This document shows positions 37,591 to 49,403 of a DNA stretch of 64,000 bases, piece by piece. The position numbers were made by a program, and so were the translations under genes. The first letter of the stretch is position 1; the number at the start of each line of letters is the position of its first letter. This DNA is from Fistulifera solaris (lineage: Eukaryota): the NCBI GenBank assembly GCA_030295235.1, contig AP026152.1, forward strand, positions 744,001 to 808,000, given 5' to 3'. The notes under the pieces are model-generated. The model searched no databases, had not been told where the DNA came from, and was given only the letters and a program-made list of their open reading frames with translations.

Positions 37591-38124
37591 TGACAAGTTA
37601 TTATTTTGATTACGAGTCCCTGTGTTTGAATCGTGAGTGGCACGTTCCAGTCGGGAGTCGTTATCAGTCATGAACCCTTGAGTGACGTGGTTGTTCCTTC
37701 AATGACGTGTTCCTTTTGGTGTCACGGAATCTATGTTGGGTTCCCTACAGTATTGCATTTACTGTATTAGTTTAAGTAGTTTAATTAATCGTGTGGCTGA
37801 CAACCTTTGATGCCATGCGATCGTATCGTCGTTTGATGATTTTCATCAACGACAAGTTCTTATAATACGAAGTTTTTCTACTGCATCTTCATCTTGTTGA
37901 TCGTTGGTAGTAAAGGCTTTTCGAAAGCGTCCTCTCTGTGGTATTTCGGTACTTGCAGAGTAATTGTTGTTGTTGTTGCATTCATTGCGTTTTCTTCGCC
38001 GTTACTGCGGCGACTCGGTTTACGTCAGTTCGATTCGTCGTTGGTAGACGAGTCTTCGCATCCGCCTTCAGATATGCTTTATAAGTCAAACCCACTTCGT
38101 TTGGTTCACGCGTAATACTTGTCA
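37591..38124 (+). repeat. Copia 3' LTR (534 bp)
   Basis: Preceded by the polypurine tract and followed by TSD TTAGA. Confidence 0.95.
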
Positions 38125-38812
38125 TTAGAGGAATCGTTGCCTTTGTTCTTGTCTGTGTTTTGAGGATTCTTCTTTGCCATGTTTTGTTGTTTGATAAAGT
38201 AAGCCAAAACTGTTGCTTTGCTGATCCTAGCTAGATCGTACGAGCTTCTGTCGAAGGATCTTTGCCACCATTCGGGCATTGCAACGTAGATCGCGTGTTT
38301 GAGAGCAGATTCGTCAAGTTTCGGTGTCGTTCCTGGAAGTAGACTGATCCATTCGTTCGCTTCCTCCATTAAAATATTGAATTGACTCACGTCTTGAAAA
38401 GGAGGAAGTTTGTTGCTACGGATCTCTTCGATGAGATTAAAGCTGGTGCTCGGCTTGTAAAACTTGTTAATGAAGTTCTCGATCTTCGTTTTGAATGTTT
38501 TTCCGTTGCTTTCGATCCAAGCTGAAATAAAGGCTTGAGAAAGCGTTCGTGGGAATACTTGCATGCATGATGTTTCAATTTTCTTTTCGTTCTCTTCCGA
38601 TCCGTCTCTTCCGATCGCTTGACCGATATAATAAGGCACTTGAGCGCAATGTCTCATGAATGGCGTGAAATTCGAGTTTCGTCAATCGCTTGGTATAGAT
38701 GTCGTGATTTCACTTCTTCGAGTTCCCACTTGAATTGGATTTTTTGAGCGTTTTCTTCATCCTTATACTTTGGATTGAAGTAAATATTACTCGTAAGTTT
38801 CTTGGCTGCCAT
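38125..38812 (-). pseudogene. Gypsy gag N-terminal part (interrupted by the copia insertion)
   Basis: ATG at 38812 just inside the 5' LTR, with gag-like LKHAIYVAMPEWWQRSF. Removing the copia and one TSD restores the in-frame sequence ...KGNDSSNNKWKNK... . Confidence 0.8.
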
Positions 38813-38849
38813 GGTGTATTCGATATGAGCGTAGCGTCTGTGATCACAA

Positions 38850-39057
38850 TGACTTGACTCACAAGGAATGCATAAAGATGATAATGATGGAAAAAAGATA
38901 TTATGGCTTGTTAAAGACTACGATGAAAAGATGAGCAGGACGCAGTTCTCAATAAAGTGAGAACGATTCATGAATGGAATCGATAATGGAATCCCGTGAC
39001 CCTTAACCTTCTAAGGACAGAACGTGAAGAATGTACAAGACGATGTAGTGTACTGCA
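38850..39057 (-). repeat. Gypsy 5' LTR (208 bp)
   Basis: Direct repeat of 26266-26472, followed by TSD GCTTC. Confidence 0.95.
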
Positions 39058-39635
39058 GCTTCTTTCGCTGATGGCTGACTAAGTACTGAGTACGAAGTAT
39101 GAGATTTAAAGTGATAAGGATCCAAGATCAGAGATCAGAGTAACATCTCTTGTTCTAAAAAAATCACTTCTTTTCTTATTACTTATTACCGATAACCGTA
39201 GACCGTAGTATTTCGTATTTCTTATTACTGTAAGAATGAAGGGCTTAAGTGCCCGTTATAATAGTTAATCTATTCAATTCCCAACGAAATATCTTTGCAT
39301 ACGCTTGGGCCACATTCGTTCATCCCTCCATCCGCTAAAGACAGTCGAGCGTAGGATCCACGGAGGATTTTCAACGTACGTGGTTCCCTTTCTACACAAA
39401 AAACCATACTAAAACGGAGTTTCTTTACCCCGTCGTCGGAAGGTGATGATGCCGAAGCTCCGCCGCAGCGGAAAACGGACGAGAACGTTCATTTCGAATG
39501 AATCCTGCGAAACGCGGCAAGGGGAAATAAATCAGCAGCACTTGTGTGCACGACAAACAATAATCGTTCATTGAGATTTACGGTGTTACAACATTATTGA
39601 ACTTATATAATTACTAATCGCAATTCGAGGCAAAG

Positions 39636-40651
39636 ATGGATCAAACTGAATCAAATGAGCTGTTACAATTTCTTGCAGAAGGCAACGCCTCAGCGGAAGA
39701 CTTTGACACGAATTTCTTGCTACGAGAGCCCATTGCGGACGAAAGGGATATGACGACACGGTCACAAGACACTTTTGACAGTTTCGGGGACTTTGCGGAC
39801 GATATTGATATCGATTTGAGTGAAGAAGATCTCTCGCTGCATCATCAGTCAATTTCGGGGAGCCTGGAAGCCGTAACGGCAGCCGATTTGTCGCCTTCGC
39901 CCGCTGTGTCTCCTACAGTGCAGAAACCTTCTGCATCTGTTGCTCCTCCTTTGCTGCTACTCCTAATTCGTTACCTGTCGCCAATGATTTTCTCTCTGTT
40001 CCTGCTACATCGGGAATTCCCATGCGACAAATACCTACACGAGCTGCTTCTTATTCGGAAGGCGATCAGCAAAGACTTTTGCTACAAATTCAGCAAATGA
40101 GTTTGATGCAAATTCAGCAACAGCAGCAACAACAAGTGATGCTGCCCAACAATCTTACAACGTTACGAAATACGTCTTTTTCACGAAAGTGTTACAAGTA
40201 ACACTACTGCTACCACTACTACTTCAAGAGAACAGTCTCTCTTCTCGCAGCAGCGAAATATGCAAGGCTTGTCGCCGTCTTCGCAACATTCACTACCGCT
40301 GGCACAAGGAATACCCAGCGCGCAGACGCCAGCAAATTTAAATGATGCCATGGAAAAATTGTGCGAAACGATGAAACGATCGGCTGTCACGCGCAACCTT
40401 GTCAAACAGTTGGGTGTCACACGCAGCAACTCGGGCGTCGGACTCATGCGGACCAATTCGGGGCGGCCCTCAAACGCTCTTCGTCCGCCAAGGGTAGTAT
40501 TGGAGAAATGGCGCGCATGGCGCCTATTCGAAGGCCTTCCAACAGTAAACACTCGATCAAACGAGGAGTGCTGCCGCAATCGTCGCAGCACAGCTTGGAT
40601 GGCTCGAATCATGTTTTACAAGTAGATGGTCGAACTATCGCACATTTTTAG
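39636..40651 (+). CDS. Hypothetical Gln/Ser-rich protein (frameshifted)
   Basis: Acidic N-terminus, a poly-Q stretch near 40115-40135 and the helix AMEKLCETMKRSAVTRNLVKQL. Several overlapping ORFs imply indels. Confidence 0.5.
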
Positions 40652-40719
40652 AAGGTAAAATAAGGAAAGCATTGTTTCGAACATTTCGGACTACGACTTA
40701 ACACGCAAAAACGGCACTT

Positions 40720-43632
40720 TTATACAACTCGTTTTTCAATTCGGTCCATTTTTCGCAAGACGGTAAGAGTTCGCTCTTGTTCCGAACTAGACGTGATAAG
40801 AGATGTTACTTCACTGGCCGTCATCAATGTAATGTCTTCTCCATTCAGCGCGACTGCAATATTTAGAGTAACAGGAAATGTTGTTAGAGTGTTGATGAAA
40901 CATCTTTTCGTAAAAAATGTAATGAAAACTTACCCAGTTTATCACCCGATGAAAGCAAGCCCCTCATACAGCTTGTAGGACGCACTTTGGATACAAAAGT
41001 TCCAGGACCACTAGATCGATTAGCAAGAACAATTCCCAATTTACCGGAAGGGATTGTGACGACCACACGATAACGCTTGCCGAGTCGACTCGAGTGTGTG
41101 GAGACGCTGGCGAAAGAAACACTAGTAGTATCCGTGCCATCACAACCACTATCCGTGACGTGCAAATCGTCATCATATTGCTTTAAATCCTCGTCCAGCC
41201 AGCGCGGCACAATCCCGTGATCAGCCGATCTTGAACGCAGGATCGACCTGTTACTCAAACGCTTTTCAAAATTGTGGCTACCGGTGGACTGCAGTGACAT
41301 TAGATCTGATGCATGGGATGCATCTGTGTAGTCTTCAAAAATCAACGGACCAGTGGATTCGATTTCGTCCAAAATCCCCGCGTTAAAACTGTCTGTGCCG
41401 CTTTTTGGTTGAATCGAATGATGTGCTTTCTCAATGGTTATATCGTCCTTTAACTCTGTTACAAGAAGCTCTGTTGGAGAGGCAGCGCTATGTAGGATTC
41501 CTTCGGACGCATGGACACGTGGTGAATCGGATGATACTGTTAGAGAAGTTTCCGTTTCTGATGCGAGCTGCGGTTTAAGTATGCTCGCTGGATCAAGTGA
41601 TTCCGCTGTAGTCTCTGCTTCTTCATACATCTGACGGGCTTCCCAAAGTACACTCCACAGCGGTCCGTCAGACGCATTTTGTCGTTGCCGAGGAGCAGTG
41701 GCCGTACCTCCTTCCGGGACAGAACGCTTCGACGTAAGACGAATCTTGAGCTCGTCTGACATATTTGGGGATGTCAATGGCTCCAAACCTTCTCTCAAAT
41801 CGAAACTGTTCGAACGAGGCAAATTCGGAAACTCTCTCATCATGATTGCCTTGATATCACTATAGCCGGAAGCCTCCATAGCCACATTCAAACTATTCTC
41901 TCTAGTTTCAACGATGTGATCATTTTCGTTGACATCATGGAGCTCGCCAGAGCCGACGATAAAAGTAGACGTAACAGGAGCACTCAGTGGGACTTCCTGT
42001 GTAGCTGCATTTTCACAGGGAACGCTATTGCCATCTCTGCCTACAATCAATGAAGCTGCTTTCTGTATGTTGTCGCCAACCGAGGGGTTCGAATTTTGGC
42101 TAGCAACGCCAGGCGACTTAGCCTCCGCAGGTACTGTCGACGAGTCGTCGTTTGTTGCACATAAATCACCATAAGAAACAGTATCAGCGTCGATATCAGT
42201 CAGACTTGACGCGCGCTCGTGGGCTCTGTAGGATCGCAGTAGCTCTGAAGCCAGATTAAACGTTGAATTTCGCGGCTTTGATTTAATTGTCTGAGGTCTC
42301 GAGTTGTAAACACCGACAAACAGGTCTTCTTCTTCGTCGTCACTATTTTCCACTGATCCCTTTCGCGAAATCATATTCAGTGCGCTTTGATACAAGTTAG
42401 GATAAATCTTGGCCGACCTGTTTTCATTCCCCGGTCGAGATGAGACCATCAATGAGCTGTCGTGGGGATCACATGGGACTCTAACCCCAGGATCCCATTC
42501 GTTATCGACCGTGCTTTTCTCCACAATTTTCGTAATGCGAATTGCAGTACCTGTTCCACTCTGAACAGAATTGCCATCGTGGATATGTATTTGATTTTGA
42601 TCTGTTTCGACGGTAGAAGTAGCAGTTGGACCGTTCCGGATGCAGAATAAGTAGACTCCAAGAATCAACAGGCCCGTAATTAGTGCTGTCAAGCCGACAA
42701 TGATACCAGTAATATGCGGTTTCTTCTCTTTTCGTCGCGTTTTTCGATCGTTTCGGTCGATTCAAACGTTGGAAAGTCGACTGGGGTCGGGATATCAAAC
42801 GAAGGAATATTGGACGACAGGTGCGGGTTTGTCGAAGGGGTTCTCTCCAGCAACGACGGCGCGAAAGACGGTTGCGACGACGGCCTAGTAGAGGGAGAAA
42901 GCGAAGCCTTGGTTTCTTCCCAAACAATTGGCGGTCTCTCGTTCAGCAACTCTACTTTCACAACGTTATTGAACGCAGGATTCTGCACCAATAAACTGCG
43001 GAAGCGTGCTCGTCCACCAGTGGTTCGCATAAACCCATGCTGTACCAAATCTGACACTTCCTCCTGGGAAATTTTCCACGCACTTGTAACGTAAACAGCT
43101 TGCTCTACGGTGACTTGCAAGATAACAGACCCGGGCACTACCACGGATTTCATCTCATCTTCGTTCGGAAGCTTCCGCCGCACACGAATTACAGAGCATT
43201 CCGTATCCAAACTAAATGTAGAGCTTATTTTGGTATCGACAGTAACTCCCAATGGAAGAGCAACCACATTTACTTGATGACTTGTAGCCTAGAAGCAAAA
43301 GAAGAACCAGCGTTAGGGTTTCATAGAGTACGTAACGAAACTCGCGTTTCAAAACATAATAGACGCACCTGCTTATTAACACTTTTGCAGAAATGCTGCA
43401 CGGCTTCCAAAGATGACGAATCACCAGCGAGTGATCCTCGAGTAGCCTCCACAAACTGTTCTTCCAGAGTAGAATCGGCGTAGAAGAGAGCCACGACAAG
43501 CTCCACCGTGAAAGGAGCAAGACTCTCGAGTTGACGATCCACTCTACTTCGCAAACGGCGAGCTTCCAGAGGTTTCAATACGCTGAAAAAGATGCAGAGT
43601 AAGCATCTAAAAAGTTTCTGTGGTTCTCTCAT
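40720..43632 (-). CDS. Single-pass membrane protein with C-terminal PDZ domain
   Basis: Signal-peptide-like start MREPQKLFRCLLCIFFSVL, an ecto region with PSxxPS repeats, and a TM near 42650-42720. The PDZ VTIPSGKLGIVL...VSKVRPTS..GDKL|VALNGED is joined across an intron at about 40933-40854. Confidence 0.7.
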
Positions 43633-44345
43633 CTGTTCCGGCGTCTTTTTTTGATTGATGCTTGGAAAAGTAATTGCTTGAGTGTCAACAAACGAAAGAA
43701 ATGATTTCGTTCGAAGGCTTTTCGAGGGTAAACAACATGATTTTGTTCGTCGAGTTCCACGCTGAGCATTTTTTCCACGCTGGCGCACTGCTTATACTTA
43801 TGCACCTCTTTCGCTTCTCCGTAACTTGTTCATTCTCTAGCGTCTTTGTTTCGCAGTTATATACGTCGCCTTCCAGCGTAACAACTCCGACATGACCGTT
43901 GCACGACATTAAATTGAGCTTCATCAAGAGCCTTTCTTTCCATTTTGTAAAAGCTTGCAATTGTGTTGCACAATTACAATAGTCACATCTATAACATACG
44001 CAGCCTTATTGCGGCGCTGTTTTTTGTGTGCGCGAATGCGGCTGGTTTGCGTTTGCTATTCATTCATTCCTTTGATGAGTGCCGCATCAGCAGTTACTAT
44101 CTCGTAACATGTAGATTACCTTTTAGCGACGACTCAAAGTATTTCAGTCCCGGGAAAGAGAAGGAACGCATCCTTTTGCCCCTAGAGTCTAGTTCTCAAC
44201 GTCTTAACGGGCCTAATTTGTACGGAGTAATAAATTCAATGAGAACTTTCTAATTTCCTTGTATTACGACCTTTATGTTGATCATGGTTTGACTTTAACT
44301 TGCTGGCCTGCCGCACAGCCACAAAAAAGATGAGAGGAAGCAAAA

Positions 44346-44927
44346 TCATAACTCAAGAACAAAGATTCCTTCCTCGGGGAAAGTATCGTGTTCCTCAGAA
44401 TAACCATTGTTTCGGGAAGGTTGGGCCGGGTCATGAGCTATGCTTTGACCATATGTGGTGACATCATTATCCGTTTGACATGACAGAGAGGATCGACCGG
44501 TTATACAAATACGCTTGTACATCAACAAAGTGTCTCTATCATATGCTTTACGCAAGTCGTCTTGAGAAATGGCGGCAAAACTCTCGCGGAAACGGAGCCG
44601 ACGATTAGCGCCAAAGGTGTAATCCAGCTTACCCAAATCTTCGGGGTAAGCATCGTCGTTGTGTTTAGACGATGCAGCCATTGTGTGCGAAAAGTCACGT
44701 CGTTGCTGCATGAAATGAGCACAGTCTCTCCCGTCATCGCTTCGATGCGTTTGTTGCAGAAGCAAGGATAGTCCTGACCTTTGTCGCATGCATGACTGTC
44801 TCTGGCGTGTTTCATTGCCGCAAATTGCAACGGAAGAGGAGGGAAACATGAGGCCAGAATATTGTATCGGTGATTTAGAATTTGAATCGATCTGGTAAAT
44901 ACGCTTACAGCTGCATTGGCGATTCAA
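44346..44927 (-). CDS. Hypothetical protein
   Basis: 193-aa ORF with YDRDTLLMYKRI and C-terminal EEGIFVLEL, a pattern seen in small diatom proteins. Start codon uncertain. Confidence 0.45.
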   Translation of the reverse strand: MNRQCSCKRIYQIDSNSKSPIQYSGLMFPSSSVAICGNETRQRQSCMRQRSGLSLLLQQTHRSDDGRDCAHFMQQRRDFSHTMAASSKHNDDAYPEDLGKLDYTFGANRRLRFRESFAAISQDDLRKAYDRDTLLMYKRICITGRSSLSCQTDNDVTTYGQSIAHDPAQPSRNNGYSEEHDTFPEEGIFVLEL

Positions 44928-45577
44928 AAGTGGAAAGGAGAACTAATGTGCTGAAAGATTGGCTTGGCTGATCGGATCGAGATGATAGAAGATGCATTTG
45001 TAACGAATCTTGCAGAGGTCGAATCAACGTAAACGGATGGTTGCAGTTGCAATTGTGAGTGTTGTGATTGTGATTGCGGGTCATCGGCTTGGTCATTTTG
45101 CTTAGTCATTACCAAAACATGCTTGTGTACATTAAAATCGATAGCACGGACTCTTGAGTTCAATCACAGTTGTCAGTCGTCATTGAAGTAAGGTTGCTAG
45201 TGGCGAGCGACCCTAGACCCTGCTTGGAATCTCCTTGGTCTAAATTCAGTCCGTCTGAGTTAAACTCTAGCAAGCAAGAAATTGACGGTAAGCACAAATG
45301 GCGTGGTATCAGAAACTATGGGCAAACGACGCATAGCGAATTCTTAGTTTTGAAGGCATTTGAGACTATAGCATGCTAACAACAAACATTTTAGAGTGAT
45401 CCCTTCGTTCGTAAGGCTGAATCTCGATGATGAGAGCAATTGGCTTCCAAATAGCGCTTAAACGAGTAATGAGTGCTGAGAAGTGCTGATGCGCTTCTTC
45501 GTAGCGTAGATGGAAGAGAAAGTGAGATCGACCTAGGCCATCTTTGAGAGCACATGCATCCGTTGGCCTTCTACGTT

Positions 45578-47714
45578 TTACGAAGTCTGGGAACGATTAC
45601 TCGATCGATAACTTTCCTGTAGGTGCGGATGCCCTTCTGTACTTTCAGTCGACCATTGGTATCGTTTGAGGGCTAGACCTTCTGAATCATCTACTGCTGT
45701 CCTCCTTCGAAAGCTACCTTGATTAGATGATGTCCCATTCGATACTCGGTTAGATAACGCCTCTCGTGAGACTTCGTCGTCGTCACTCAGTTCGGATCCG
45801 TCTTTCATAGAATCGTCTTGCACAATCAACGATCCAAATCTAAATCTCACTTCCATTTTAGCTTGTATAGTTTGTTGTAAATGATTTGCGGCACTTTCTT
45901 TCAATCTCGCTTTTTCATTTTGGGCGGCGCTTATCTTGGGTACGAAGATGAGCAATATGATCGATAGACAACACACGGACACAGTCATGCAAGAAACGAC
46001 GTAATGAACGAGAGGCAACTCCATTGTCAAGAACAACATTGGCACTGCCGTCAGAACCGCCTGCAGTAAACAAACCATGCTGAGGGCAATGTATTTAGAC
46101 TCTGAAAACTCGGATTGAATGTGCCGCGCCTCGTAGGCTTGCCAGTTCGCAATGATTACCGCACTTAGATTGATGGCAACCAAAATAAACCCAAAGGCCT
46201 TTGATTGGACTTCACACACTCCATACGTGGATATGACGCGATTCCATTCATCGGTACCTGGGTGCGCTTTCCGCACGTACTGAACTGGATCCCAAATCGT
46301 CCAACAAGTCAGACAGAAGATGTTTGCGCCAAGTAAGCCGAAGAGCGGTAGATAGAGATCTCTGGGGAGAATCTTCAATCGCGCATTCGGAAAAGGATTG
46401 CGAAAGATTTGGTTTATTCTCCATGTTTTTGAAAACAAGGCCGAAAACATGAGGGTAAAACCGACTGAAGCCAGCCACGGAACACTTTGACATGCCCTGT
46501 CGGCCCGTGTCCCATCAAAGCTCGGATCTGAATCATCCAGTGAAAGTGGAATGAGCGCACTGCCACAAACCAATGCTCCGAGACAAATGAGTAGCAAAAA
46601 TTGAGGCTGGGACGCCACCACCACACGGACACCCGACATGCGACAGGTCCACGCCGCGAATGAGATCGCCAGCACGGCAATCACGGCAAACAAAGAAATC
46701 CCGAGAAACCGCAAATTCCCTAAATGATTGCAATTGACATTCGGCGGTGGCAATTCGATGGGCACTCGCACCATTTCCATGAATGCTGTACCGTAAATGG
46801 AGTCTTCCGACGGGGGAGGGTTCTTGTACAACAAGTTGATTGCCTGAACCCCCATTTGGTAGGGATCTTGCCCCACCAGACCATTAACATGCCCCGACGC
46901 TAACAAATCAATTTGTACCGGTAATGTATCCGCAATAACGTATGTAATGTTCTTCCCGATTGTAGATACAACGTATTCCCAACGGGTTGTATTAGGACGA
47001 TACATTGGCCATCCCCCCACTGCAATGATGGCATCTAAATCCGGCATTTTCGAAAAATGTTCAACTTGATCCAATGCTCTTTCGACGCTGTCCTGTGTAT
47101 CACTCGGAGAGCTCTCAATTTCCACCCATTCACTGTCTTTCAAGAAATTTCGAACTCCATTGTTCCGCTCCAGTATATTGGGTGAAATCGCACTGACGAT
47201 TGCGTAATTTCCGCCTTTTGGTTTTAATTGAAGCAGTATTTTCCCTAACGTTTCCCCAAAAGCAAAATTATTGGTGCCGACGTATTGTAGACGACCCGAG
47301 AAAGGAGCATCGCTATCAAATGTAATGATAGGAATGTTTTTCGCTAGCGCTTCTTGCACAGCAATTTGTGTGATATTGTCGTCTAATGAGCTGATGGCGA
47401 TTCCGTCAACATTTTCATCTATTTTCTTGCGAATAATCTCGAGTTGATCGAGGGCAACCGGATGAATAGGTCCTTCAAAGTCGCAAATCACTCCGAGATC
47501 GTTTGCACGGGCAGCGCATCCTTCGTGAACGATGGCGAAAAAAGGATTAGTGGTTTCTCGTTGCTTCGGTATTACGGCAAATCGCTTCGTAGTCATTTCT
47601 TGCGTGAGTTGCTGCTTCAACTGAAAGTCTCATGCCTTGCTGCAATAGCAAGACCGTAAATAGCGAATGTGCAACATCCATTGTGCTGTGCTGTTGCTCT
47701 TCAACTCCTCTCAT
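45578..47714 (-). CDS. Class C (GABA-B-like) GPCR with N-terminal sugar-binding periplasmic-binding-protein domain
   Basis: PBP motifs NPFFAIVHEG, VDGIAIS, IPIITFDSD, YVGTNN and LVGQDPYQMG. 7tm_3 motifs VVASQPQFLLLIC, GFTLMFSALFSKTWRI, FSESKYI and LIFVPK. The probable signal-peptide start at about 47714 is in a shifted frame. Confidence 0.88.
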
Positions 47715-49403
47715 CGATGGTAGTTTGCAGTATCGAAGAAGCAGTGTGGAAGGGAGGCTTTTGGCTTCTGGTTATTACTCGACGTGGCTCAAAACTCAGA
47801 AACTACTTAGGGCATGTCGCGCTTTGCATGTCGCAATTCGCAATAGCATATCGCTGTATAAAATTAGTATCAAATCATGGCCATGACAGCTGACATAGAG
47901 CCCTTGTCTTATACGAAAAACATCCTTTTGGAAACGCGAACCTCGATTTACGAAAAACGTCGTTTCGATGACCGTGATTGGTGGTGATACAGTAAAAATT
48001 AGTGTACTATGGTCAGAAGATAGATGGAGGAGTGTGGGGTTTTCATTATTTTTCATCCGTTGTCCGTTGAGGGTTGAGCATCAAAATGGCATTGACTCGT
48101 TCCTATTCGCTTTCTCCCTCTAGCCCTCTAGCCCTCTAGCTTTCTCTAGCTGGAAGGCTCTCTAAGGGACAAGGCGTGTTCAAAAGCAAGAAATCGTTTC
48201 AGCGGATGGACAGTGAAGCGACGCACGCTCTCTCGTATTTGTGACGCCTCTTGGGTTCCAGCGCCCTCTATCAGAATCGGAAAGCTATGAGAGTCGCGAA
48301 GTGCTCTAGCTTACGCCCATTGGCATGGTGCTTTACTAATTTATTACCAGGTATTCAGGGAATATACACCGCTGCCAAATTTTTGAGTGTGTCAGATGCT
48401 AAAAAAGACTTTGAGCTATCGGCAATCCCCACAATTCCAACGAGAAAACAAGCAGTATACATGGTATACCTCGTTTTTGTTTTATCGCTAAATATTTTTT
48501 GGGATTTGCTAAGGCTATGCCAAGGATGATGGCTCGTTCAGCGTGCATGGATCATAAATACGGCCTCTTTTGTCTTTGCCTCACCTAAACGACTGTCACT
48601 TTCATTTTCATTCGCATGCGAAACCCCAGATTTTAGAAGTCTAAGGTGGAAAAGATTGCGTTTTCTGTCTTCGAAACATGAGTGAAGATTCCAACTCATC
48701 ACCAACTAAACTATGGCCAAGCGCTAAGCACTATCTTTAGACTTTAGAAGTGTGACTCGACATGATCTTGTAAAGACCTATGACTCCGACACTTGCCCTT
48801 CAAAATTGTTGTAACAAACGATTGATTGTTGGCTGTTGGCTATCTTTTTGAAATTAAGCATTGAGTTCGAAACACGAACCTTCTCCTCGTTTTCATTCTC
48901 CTGATTGGAGCTGGAGGCTCTCTTTCTACTCCGTACTTCTTTCAAAGCTCGCCTCTCTCTAGGAGCCATGTTCTTGATGGCTTCGTGCAGTTTCAATAAT
49001 ATGATTGTGTGAGAGAGGTGAGCCGTGTACGATGCGTGATGCGTGCGACTTGCGACGTGCGACCTGCATCTCGAACTCCATCGAATGCCAAAGTTCCGAC
49101 ACCTGTTATGACTTTCTCATCATAACTTTATCATATCACTTGATGTTTGTGAAGGGGTCTTTCTTTCTAACTTTCAACGAAATGACCGTACTTCATATCT
49201 TATAGATTGGGTAAGTGACAACTTCGTGAGAATGTCCGATGTCCCTTTGCCATGACCTTCGCTCTTCGCTCGTTTCTCACACCAGGCCACCGAAAATCGT
49301 TTCGTGCCAATCTTTCTCTTCCATTTTTGATGCAAGCCATCAACTCTTCTCCAAAGTAACTCGCCAAACATAAACGAAGATCTAAATCAAGATACAAAAT
49401 ACC

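Larger units (their letters stand above)
30296..38124 (+). mobile_element. Full-length Ty1/copia LTR retrotransposon (CoDi-like, 7.8 kb) nested antisense in the gypsy gag
   Basis: LTRs at 30296-30820 and 37591-38124 with TGACAAGT...ACTTGTCA termini, and TSD TTAGA at 30291-30295 and 38125-38129. PPT GGAAAATGGGGAG precedes 37591. Domain order is gag-PR-IN-RT-RH. Confidence 0.95.
26266..39057 (-). mobile_element. Full-length Ty3/gypsy LTR retrotransposon (about 4.96 kb once the nested copia is removed)
   Basis: TG...CA LTRs at 26266-26472 and 38850-39057, with 5-bp TSD GCTTC at 26261-26265 and 39058-39062. Domain order is gag-PR-RT-RH-IN. PPT GGGAGGCAGAA lies at 26473-26483 on the minus strand. 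Confidence 0.95.

Noticed and set aside
37279..37671. Minus-strand ORF starting MTDNDSRLE, duplicated at 30376
   Set aside because: The duplication is just the two copia LTRs, and the remainder is antisense to the copia 3' region.
48778..48996. Short charged ORF between the GPCR and the cyclase
   Set aside because: About 63-72 aa with no recognisable motif, so it cannot be distinguished from chance.
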